Made by a program: the position numbers and the translations under genes. This document shows, piece by piece, positions 54,089-64,000 of a stretch of DNA of 64,000 bases. A model generated the notes under the pieces. It was not told the origin of the DNA. It saw nothing but the letters and a program-made list of their open reading frames with translations, and searched no databases. Every line of letters begins with the position of its first letter. Within the stretch, counting starts at the first letter, position 1. Source of the DNA: Octopus vulgaris (taxonomy: Eukaryota); assembly GCA_951406725.2 (NCBI GenBank), contig OX597814.1:195052001-195116000 (forward strand), given 5' to 3'.

Positions 54089-54186
54089 TTAAACATTATC
54101 AGCTTGTCTAAAACATTGATAGGAGGAAAGAAGAATCATATGAATTCAAACCCTGTTTCTTGTCATTTCATTACTTGCTACGTTTG

Positions 54187-54570
54187 TGGAGGCGCAATGG
54201 CCAAGTGGTTAGGGGAGCGGACTCGCGGTCATAGGATCGCGGTTTCGATTCCCAGACCGGGCGTTGTGAGTGTTTATTGAGCGAAAACACCTAAAAGGCT
54301 CCACGAGGCTCCGGCAGGGGATGGTGGTGATCCCTGCTGTACTCTTTCACCACAACTTTCTCTCACTCTTACTTCCTGTTTCTGTTTTACCTGTATTTCA
54401 AGGGGCCGGCCTTGTCACTCTCTGTGTCACGCTGAATATCCCCGAGAACTACGTTAAGGGTGCACGTGTCTGTGGAGTGCTCAGCCACTTACACGTTAAT
54501 TTCACGAGCAGGCTGTTCCGTTGATTCGGATCAACCAGAACCCTCGTCGTCGTAACCGACAGAGTGCTTC
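54187..54570 (+). mobile_element. SINE family C, tail type i
   Basis: Colinear with 6703-7083. Confidence 0.85.
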
Positions 54571-55225
54571 CTACTTGCTACGTGTGACGAACCTGGGAAG
54601 TCGGAAAGTGAAGACACAGAATAAATACTGCCCCCTTCCACCATACCGTGCTCTAACAATTCAGTCTCTCCAACACCTTGGATTGGTACTTTACTTTATC
54701 GACCCCGTGAGGAAGGACGGCAAAACTGACTTCATCTTGATTTGAGCTTAAAATGTAAAGAGCGGTACACAAATACTGTGAGATAATTTTGTCATCGTCG
54801 ATATTATCAATATTAGAATCGTTATTGCCATCGCTGTAGTCGTCGTTGTCGTCGTCGTCATCATCATCACCACCATCATCACCATCATCACCACCATCAT
54901 CACCATTACACTATCGCCGTCATTGCCTTCTTTTTCTCCTTTTCATCAGAATTAACATTTTCATCTTCTACAAATTCCTCCTCCTCCTCCTCCTACTCTT
55001 CCTCATTCTTTTCCTCCACCATACTCCTCCCCATTCTCCCCCCTCCCCATTCTCCTCCTCCTCCTTTCCCCTTCTTTTTCTTCTTCTCTCCTTTCTTCCT
55101 CCCCTCCTCCCTTTACTCCTCTCCCACTCCTCAATTCCTCCACCTCCTCTCCTCCCCTCCTCCCCTCTACAGCTAGTAGTTCCGAGACCTATTGCCGCCC
55201 CGCCGCCGCCGCCACCACCACCACC

Positions 55226-55447
55226 ACTTACATCTTTTGTATATCTGACACTTTGGTTAGCGGTTTAAACAGTTCAAATTTATAGAAATCATCCACTATA
55301 ATCAGCTAACACAGATTAAGTCTTAAGCCATACATATCGATCCAGCCACCAAATTCTACGAGCATCAGCCAGTCCAGTGGTCAGCTTGTTTGATAAGTCC
55401 ATTATCATTCGTCTAGACTAGAATATTATTGGTTTTAGTCACGTTGA
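55226..55447 (-). repeat. Copy 2 of the diverged inverted duplication
   Basis: Minus strand TCAACGTGACTAAA..TAACCAAAGTGTCAGATA..GTAAGT, followed by (GGT/GGC)n. Confidence 0.8.
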
Positions 55448-55566
55448 TGTAAGATAAGAGCTAGTAGCGAAATCTTTGAGTGATTAGAGTATCGAGCGAC
55501 AGATTTTAGAGATATGCCTGAAAAGTTCGTTAGAAATAATTATTTAGTGAGAAAAATATCAGTTAA

Positions 55567-55962
55567 CTAGCAGTATCGCCCGGCGTTGCTCGGGTTTGTT
55601 TCGACCCTTTAGAGTTGGAATTTTTGAAAAGTAAAAATTTTGCATTATGTAGCTTGTTATTCTTTTAAAGTGAACATTTTTCTGGTTGAAACACACTGAA
55701 AAATGGCGACACAGCAGTCAAAATATCGTAAAAAATAGGGATTTTCATAGAAAAGAAAGCACCTTTTTGATGTAAATAATAATTTGGTGTTAATATGGTT
55801 CGATTTGAATTTTTTTCTTCTACAGAAGGAAAAGCAAGCCTTCTTCTATCATACTTTCAATTTTGGTCAACTTGCGCCGCAGGGTCTCGGAGGAGATAGT
55901 GTTCGTTGAAGGCTACCAAACCTGCCATACACAGACAACTTCAGCTTTATATAGAGAGAGAT
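55567..55962 (-). mobile_element. Non-autonomous Helitron
   Basis: CTAG + hairpin terminus and A|TC terminus; its 5' part also occurs at ~27543-27680(+). Confidence 0.8.
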
Positions 55963-56462
55963 TTATTTCGGAGGTGTACTTACTAAGCAAGTGATATGAT
56001 CTGGGACCGTGTATTGAAACAAAAACGATTACAGCGTAGAAGACACATATTAGTCATTAAGAAACTCATAAAGACTGTTTACTTCACTTAAATATTTAAT
56101 ATGTATTATTTAGTGTCGAAATTTTCGTCGTACGAACTGCGACACGGTCGCTTGCATGATTACACCGCATACTGAGAGGAAATGAGATATTTTAGTTGTG
56201 TAATTAGGGTTGAATTTGTTGAATGGCCTTGTAATTTGGAAACTTCAATCTTGAATTGTTCTGAGATAATATCTCTTATGGAATTACTTTAAAACCGAAA
56301 TAAATATCAAAGAGACAAAAATTCGTCCCAGCAACTGGTAGCAAGAGATGCCAAATGCATTACTGCCTTTTCAATAGCGCATTCTCGCAACCAGCCCTAT
56401 GCCCGGACGAATTCTCGTCCGTGCATATAGGTGAAAGCGAATATAACATACACCGATGTAGC

Positions 56463-56875
56463 GCGGCGAGCTGGTAGAAACGTTAGCACGCCGGGCGAAA
56501 TGTTTAGCAACATTTCGTCTGCCGTTACGTTCTGAGTTCAAATTCCGCCGAGGTCGACTTTGCCTTTCATCCTTTCGGGGTCGATTAAATAAGTACTAGT
56601 TACGCACTGGGGTCGATATAATCGACTTAATCCGTTTGTCTGTCCTTGTTTGTCCCATCTGTGTTTGGTCCTTTGTGGGTAGTAAAGAAATAGGTATTTC
56701 GTCTGCCGTTACGTTCTGAGTTCAAATTCCGCCGAGGTCGACTTTACTTTTCATCCTTCCGGGGTCGATTAAATAAGTACTAGTTACTCACTGGGGTCGA
56801 TATAATCGACTTAATACGTTTTTCTGTCCTTGTTTGTCTCCTCTATGTTTAACCTCCTGTGGGTAGTAAAGAAAC
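56463..56875 (+). mobile_element. SINE family A dimer with TSD
   Basis: TSD GAATATAACATACACCGATGT at 56439-56459 and 56877-56897. Confidence 0.9.
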
Positions 56876-57481
56876 AGAATATAACATACACCGATGTTGC
56901 GAATACCCATCCGGCAGATTTAAAATCCATTATACGGAAATGAAGGGTACTGAATTAAAATAGCCATCCGGTAGCATACTTAATATATAAACACTGTCAC
57001 TAGTACAACAGTATCTACTTTAAAGGTTGCTGTGCTCTTGAATTCCGGGTCTTGTAATTCTAACATTTAGTGAAGCTGGTTTCACAGGAATTTAAAAAAT
57101 TTTGTGGAAATGTTCGTGCTTTGAACATTGAAGCGTGAGTAGGATATGAGGTTAGTTGGCAGGTTGTCAGGGAAGAAGTGGTGGTTTGTTTGTCTCGCTG
57201 TTCAGTTCCAGGTCAGCTCTGATTAAACAAGTTTGTAATCAAAGGCATTCTATTTATGACCATTCCACCAATTTTTTAAAGCGTGTCTCTATAAATAGAT
57301 ACTTCCTTCTTAAGACAGTAGGGTATAATGTGAGGGAGATTTGTTGGCTATTTCTAGCAAGTCGAGCCACCAAGTAGAGTAGTCATGGGAAAATGCAGCC
57401 CAGGGGATTCTCTGAGAAGTACACTAACGAAAAATTGCTTACAAGAAGTGGTGGTGGGGAGACAAACAAACAATTTCTACC

Positions 57482-57896
57482 TATTTCTTTACTACCCACA
57501 AGGGGCTACCCACATTAGGACAAACAAGGACAGACAAACGGATTAAGTCGATTATATCGACCTCAGTGCGTAACTGGTACTTAATTTATCGACCCCCGAA
57601 AGGATGAAAGGCAAAGTCGACCTCGGCGGAATTTGAACTCAGAACGTAGCGGCAGACGAAATACCTATTTCTTTACTACCCACAAGGGGCTAAACACAGA
57701 GAGGACAAACAAGGACAGACAGACGGATCAAGTCGATTGCATCGACCCCAGTGCGTAACTGGTACTTAATTTATCGACCCCGAAAGGATGAAAGGCAAAG
57801 TCGACCTCGGCGGAATTTGAACTCAGAACGTAAAGACAGAGGAAATATTGATAAGCATTTCGCCCGGCGTGCTAACGGTTCTGCCAGCTCGCCGCC
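57482..57896 (-). mobile_element. SINE family A dimer with TSD
   Basis: TSD CAAACAATTTCTACC on both sides. Confidence 0.88.
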
Positions 57897-58407
57897 AGCA
57901 AACAATTTCTACCATCAGAGCCAACACTAGGAACTGCGAATTTCATGGGAAGAGGTTTTATTTTAGGGAACCGAATATAAGGCATTGAAAATATGACATT
58001 TTCCCAAGAGGTCACGTTTGGAAGTCTGTAATATGTATAGCATTTCCCCCTGTATTATTTAGTGCAATATTTTTCTTTGATAAATAGACTATTCGCCTTG
58101 ACATTTGAAAATATTTAAAGTAAAGTATGATCATACTTCATATATTTATGCTTTATCATATAGTTATTATGTTACTTCATTTTAACAGAGTTATTACTAT
58201 ACTGCTGTGGATTAAGGTATACTTTAAAAGATTTTGCGAGAATTTTTAATGTGAATATTAGTATGAATTTTATGGCTTGAAGTAATGAAAGGATAAAATG
58301 GAAAGAAGATATACAAAAAACATAAAAATAAAATAAAAAAATAAAAAATCTTATAGCAAATTATGTATGACACTAATATTATGAATTAGTGACACACACA
58401 CACACAG

Positions 58408-59066
58408 GTATGTATGTATGTATGTGAATTTGTTTGCACGTATGTATGTATGTTTGTATGTATGTATGTATGTATGTATGTATGTATGTATGTATGTATG
58501 TATGTATGTATGTATGTATGTTTGTATGTATGTGTGTATGTGTGTATGTATGTATGTTTGCATGTGTATGTATGTATGCTTGTATGTATGTATGAATGTA
58601 TATGTGTATGTGTGTGTGTATGTATGTGTGCATGTGTGTATGCATGTGTATGTGTGTATGTTTGTATGTATGTATGTATGTTTGTATGTTTGTATGTATG
58701 TTTGTATGTATGTTTGTATGTATGTTTGTATGTATGTATGTATGTATGCATGTTTGTATGTATGTTTGTATGTATGAATGTATGTTTGTATGTATGTATG
58801 AATGCATGTGTGTATGTGTGTGTATGTATGTATGTATGTTTGTATGTATGTATGTATGTATGTTTGTATGTATGTTTGTATGTATGTATGTATGTTTGTA
58901 TGATTGTATGTATGTATGTTTGTATGTATGAATGTATGTTTGTATGTATGTATGAATGCATGTGTGTATGTGTGTGTGTATGTATGTTTGTATGATTGTA
59001 TGTATGTATGTTTGTATGTATGTATGTGTGTGTGTATGCATACAGGCATGTATGTATATATATATA
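58408..59066. repeat. Degenerate (TATG)n microsatellite
   Basis: About 650 bp; source of the HTYI/MYVC ORFs. Confidence 0.97.
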
Positions 59067-59287
59067 TTTTTGTCTCTTTTAAATCGTGATCATTTGTAGC
59101 ATACGTACTAGGGAGTTGCACCCTCTCTCTCAAATCCCAGTTCAGCCATACTTTACTCCAGGCGGGTTGGTATGTATCCTGTCGCTCCAATAATAATAGG
59201 TATGCAACTGAAAATGTACCCTGGGTACTGGATTTGCAAACTCCTTATCAATGGTCCATAAACATTTTCTTTCTCCTGTATTTTTCA

Positions 59288-60255
59288 TATTTCTTTACTG
59301 TCCACAGAGGGCTAAACACAGAGGGGACAAACAAGGACAGACAACCGATTAAGTCGATTATATCGACCTCAGTGCGTAACTGGTACTTAATTTATCGACC
59401 CCCGAAAGGATGAAAGGCAAAGTCGACCTCGGCGGAATTTGAACTCAGAACGTAGCGGCAGACGAAATACCTATTTCTTTACTACCCACAAGGAGCTAAA
59501 CACAGAGAGGGCAAACAAGGACAGACAAACGGATTAAGTCGATTATATCGACCCCAGTGCGTAACTGGTACTTATTTAATCGACCCCGAAAGGATGAAAG
59601 GTAAAGTCGACCTCGGCGGAATTTGAACTCAGAACGTAGCGGCAGACGAAATACCTATTTCTTTAATACCCACAAGGAGCTAAACACAGAGAAGGCAAAC
59701 ACGGACAGACAAACAGATTAAGTCGATTATATCGACCCCAGTGCGTAACTGGTACTTATTTAATCGACCTCGAAAGGATGAAAGGCAAAGTCGACCCCGG
59801 CGGAATTTGAACTCAGAACGTAACAGCAGACGAAATACATATTTCTTTACTACCCACAAGAGGCTAAACACAGAGAGGACAAACAAGGACAGACAAACGG
59901 ATTAAGTCGATTATATCGACCCCAGTGCGTAACTGGTACTTATTTAATCGACCTCGAAAGGATGAAAGGCAAAGTCGACCCCGGCGGAATTTGAACTCAG
60001 AACGTAACAGCAGACGAAATACATATTTCTTTACTACCCACAAGAGGCTAAACACAGAGAGGACAAACAAGGACAGACAAACGGTTTAAGTCGATTATAT
60101 CGACCCCAGTGTGTAACTGGTACTTATTTAATCGATCCCGAAAAGATGAAAGGCAAAGTCGACCTCGGCGGAATTTGAACTCAGAACGCAACGGCAGACG
60201 AAATACCGCTAAACATTTCGCCCAGCCTGCTAACGTTTCTACCAGCTCGCCGCCT
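59288..60255 (-). mobile_element. SINE family A pentamer (head + 5 x ~184-bp body)
   Basis: Junctions at ~59464, 59648, 59832 and 60016; a single TSD TTTCTCCTGTAT flanks the array. Confidence 0.9.
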
Positions 60256-60419
60256 TTTCTCCTGTATGTTTCTCACCACATTGGTAATCAAAGGGCAGCT
60301 GATTTCCATATCAGAATATATATTTTTCTAATGGTCTCACACATCAATAACTGAGGGATCATGCTTCAATTTTATAGCTGTTTTAATTTATAAGTTCCGC
60401 CAATGTTCTTTTGACTTAC

Positions 60420-60484
60420 CGGTTTCGACGTGGATAACTGCGTTTGTTGATGCTTTCTTTTTCGTTATTCTGCTCCGCACTGTT
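60420..60484 (-). CDS. Candidate 65-nt exon (frame unresolved)
   Basis: Acceptor cttcttacccccag and consensus donor CCG|gtaagt; two frames are open. Confidence 0.3.
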
Positions 60485-60711
60485 CTGGGGGTAAGAAGTA
60501 TTACACGGTATACAATAAACAAAGAAGGAAAGCCTACATAGTATACAATACTGGAAAAAGAAAAAAAAACAAAGAAAAAAGACGACAACGATGTGGTCCT
60601 CCCGCATCAGGAGAATATCAAGGGATAATCGAGGAAACCTACTACCGTCCAAGTTCTCCCTGACCACCAAGGGCAAGTTCCCTCTCAAACAACAACAACA
60701 ACAATAACAGC

Positions 60712-62120
60712 AGCAGCAGCTGTCCAAGAATTTTGACCTGGAGATCTCCATTTCCAGCGACTTCGAGGGCCATCCCCCAGTGGTGTCGGGCGTCAACGAA
60801 GAGCCCTCGACTACAAGACGACCAAAGCTTTTTTTTTTCCAAGGTCTGGGGTATCCCACCCCTAAGCCCTACACCATCACCTAATCACCCTTATCCGTCT
60901 TGTTGCTTAACAACAACAACAACAACAGCAGCAGCAAGTGGAGGCGCAATGGCCCAGTGGTTAGGGCATCGGACTCGCGGTCGGAGGATTGCGGTTTCGA
61001 TTCCCAGACCGGGCGTCGTGTGTGTTTATTGAGCAAAAACACATAAAGCTCCACGAGGCTCCGGCAGGGGGTGGTGGCGACCCTTGTTGTACTCTTTCGC
61101 TCCAACTTTCTCTCACTCTTTTTTTCCTGTTTTTTGTCCCCAAATTCCTACGCAACCGCTGAGCCTGGATGCGCATTCATCCATCCGTCGATGCTCTCGG
61201 TGTCGAGAGTTAACCTGCTTTCTCTTCTGCGGGTCTTAGGAATAGCAAAGGACCACGTTTCGGACTTCTCCCATGAAGACCGCTTCGCTCAACAAACAAA
61301 CAAGCTCAACAAACAAGCAGCAGCAGCAGCCGTCCAAGAATTTGGACCTGGAGATTTCCATTTCCAGCGACTTCGAGTGTCACCTCCCAGTGATGTCGGG
61401 CATCAACGAAGAGCCCTCGACTACAACAAGACGACCAAAGTTTTTTTTTCCAAGGTCTGGGGTCTCCCGCCCCTAAGCCCTAGACCATCACCTAATCACC
61501 CTTATCCGTCTTGTTGCTTAACAACAACAACAACAGCAGCAAGTGGAGACACAATGGCCCAGTGGTTAGGGCAGCGGACTCGCAGTCGGAGGATTGCGGT
61601 TTCGATTTCCAGACCGGGCGTTGTGTGTAATTATTGAGCAAAAACACATAAAGCTCCACGAGGCTCCGGCAGGGGGTGGTGGAGACCCCTGTTGTACTCT
61701 TTCGCTCCAACTTTCTCTCTCTTTCTTTTTGTTTCTTGTCCCCGACTTCCTACGCAACCGCTGAGCCTGGATGCGCATTCATCCATCCGTCGATGCTCTC
61801 GGTGTCGGGGGTCGACCTGCTTTCTCTTCTGCGGGTCTTACGAATAGCAAAGGACCACGTTTCGGACTTCTCCCATGAAGACCGCTTCGCTCAACAAACA
61901 AGCAGCAGCCGTCCAAGAATTTGAACCTGGAGATCTCCATTTCCAGCGACTTCGAGGGCCACCTTCCAGTGGTGTCGGGCGTCAACGAAGAGCCCTCGAC
62001 TACAACAAGACGACCAAAGCTTGATTTTTTTCAAGGTCTGGGGTCTCCCGCCTCTAAGCCCTAGATCATCACCTAATCATCCTTATCCTTCTTGTTGCTT
62101 AACAACGACAACAACAACAA
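60712..62120 (+). repeat. Tandem array A-SINE-A-SINE-A (~600-bp period)
   Basis: ~225-bp unit A at ~60712, 61318 and 61902, separated by family-C type-ii SINEs. Confidence 0.9.
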
Positions 62121-62479
62121 CTTGACTATTCTTTCAGTTGCTCATTCGGTGAGACATGAAACTGAATCTGGATCGTTTCCTTTGTGCACTTGATCACCCT
62201 GTTCGTCAACCTTCGCGGTTCAGTGAACAGCGAGCTCAACCGAACTCTCTTACGTCGGGAAGACAGTGACGTTTCTCTTTATGGTTTAGTGTAATTGTGT
62301 TGACTAACAATAGTTACGAGATATATGACAAATCCCTAAAACTGGAAATAAAAGCTTCATACTGACATATAAACGCATACATAACAAAAGTAAATAGATA
62401 TCCGATAAAAACAACGTTTTATGTTTATTTTGGCTTGTATGTATGTATGTATGTATGTATGTATGTATGTATATATAGA

Positions 62480-62524
<45 letters not shown>

Positions 62525-63123
62525 CCAAGTCCATATCTCCGATAGGTGTGGTCCGGTATGATATCGTATATGTATGCACGTATCTACTTATGTGCGTATG
62601 TAAATATGTATGTATCCATGCATATGTGTGTGTATGCATATATGCATGCGTGTGTGCATGTACGTGTGTGTGTGTGTGTGTGTGAATGTTGCCTTTCGCT
62701 CTTTATTTTAGGATATAATTTTGACCCGCCACCTGTTTCGTAGCAAGGTTGTAAAGGGAAGCATCTTGGTTTGTTCATCCCCCCTTTGAATCTTAAGGTC
62801 TTGCAGATTTTTACAGTCCCAGATATGTATGTATGCATGTATGTATGTATGTATGTATGTATGTATGTATGTATGTATGTATGTATGTATGTATGTATGC
62901 ATGCATGCATGTATGTATGTATGTATGTATGCATGCATGTATGTATGCATGCATGTATGTATGCATGCATGTATGTATGCATGCATGTATGTATGCTTCC
63001 CTCCGACCGGACCTTAGCACTTCTAAATTTTTATGTAGATCTTTCGTTATAATGATGAATACACATATGGTAAAGAAATACAAATGAAAATCTATAATCT
63101 GGTTATAAGAACTGTAGGTTTCT

Positions 63124-63540
63124 TATTTCTTTACTGCCCACGAGGAGCTACTCACAGAGGGGACAAACAAGGACAGACTAATGGATCAAGTCGATTATAT
63201 CGATCCCAGTGCGTAACTGGTACTTATTTAATCGACCCCGAAAAGATGAAAGGCAAAGTCGACCTCGGCGAAATTTGAACTCAGAACGTAGCGGCTGACG
63301 AAATGCCTATTTCGTTACTACCCACAAGGGGCTAAACACAGAGGGGACAAACAAGGACAGACATAGGTATTAAGTCGATTACACCGACCCCAGTGCGTAA
63401 TTGGTACTTAATTAATCGACCCCGAAAGGATGAAAGGCAAAGTGGACCTCGGCGGAATTTGAACTCAGAACGTAACGGCAGACGAAATACCGCTAAGCAT
63501 CTCGCCCGGCTTGCTAACGTTTCTACCAGCTCGCTGCCTT
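63124..63540 (-). mobile_element. SINE family A dimer with TSD
   Basis: TSD GTAGGTTTCTTATT on both sides. Confidence 0.88.
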
Positions 63541-63663
63541 CCGTAGGTTTCTTATTAGCTCTCCGTAGATATTCTTCTTTCGCCAAATTTTACATTCCCA
63601 TCCGTCAGGCAGCTGATCTCAACAGCTGTGCATGTCTATCACTCTATGTTACATACAAATATA

Positions 63664-63826
63664 TACGATGGGGTGCTGAAAAGTTTGGGTAAAAGAAAAT
63701 ACAGGAGGATCAATTTATTATGATTTTAGTCAATATATTCCTCTCTCAGATTCATATACTTATTGCAGTGGTCCTTCAGTTTTTCTAATTTCTGTAAAAG
63801 AACTCGGGAACTTTTCAGCACCCCCT

Positions 63827-63830
<4 letters not shown>
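63664..63830. mobile_element. Tc1/mariner-type MITE
   Basis: TACGATGGGGTGCTGAAAAGTT ... AACTTTTCAGCACCCCCTTGTA. Confidence 0.8.
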
Positions 63831-63894
<64 letters not shown>

Positions 63895-64000
63895 ATACTT
63901 TGATAGGTTTCGGCTATTATTGGCCCAGGCCATGTCTAACTTAATAGCACCACCTGGTGAAGTCTTTCAAGTCAGAATTTGGACACTATGGCCCACTCAA

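Noticed and set aside
58351-59190. Long ORFs such as the 279-aa HTYI-rich frame, and the MDGW, poly-H/T/P/R/K ORFs elsewhere
   Set aside because: They are translations of microsatellites, open in several frames and on both strands.
59288-60255. CRISPR-like regular array
   Set aside because: Units are contiguous SINE bodies with no unique spacers; no cas genes; eukaryotic context.
60939-61020. tRNA-Arg gene
   Set aside because: A and B boxes are present, but there is no acceptor stem and it continues into a SINE body.

Overview
Repeat-saturated, AT-rich eukaryotic DNA. The tRNA-derived SINE families and very high microsatellite density suggest an octopus or other coleoid cephalopod (inference). 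Almost all long ORFs in the supplied track are microsatellite or SINE artefacts. The window holds dozens of SINE copies (three main families), non-autonomous Helitrons, hAT, piggyBac and mariner MITEs, and decayed mariner, Tigger, RTE and R4-like coding remnants. It also holds a Penelope-like (GIY-YIG) ORF remnant and possibly the small 3' exons of a minus-strand gene. The most notable signal is a set of type-I hammerhead ribozyme motifs in about six sequence-unrelated non-coding elements. These include a tandem 493-nt ribozyme-to-ribozyme unit (45973-46986; retrozyme/circRNA-like) and a palindromic element with one hammerhead on each strand, present twice (9.4-9.7 kb, 23.5-23.9 kb). The dominant SINE also forms head+(~184 nt)n multimers with a recurrent self-complementary junction, compatible with a circular RNA intermediate. 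All structures were read by eye, and none has been computationally folded or searched.
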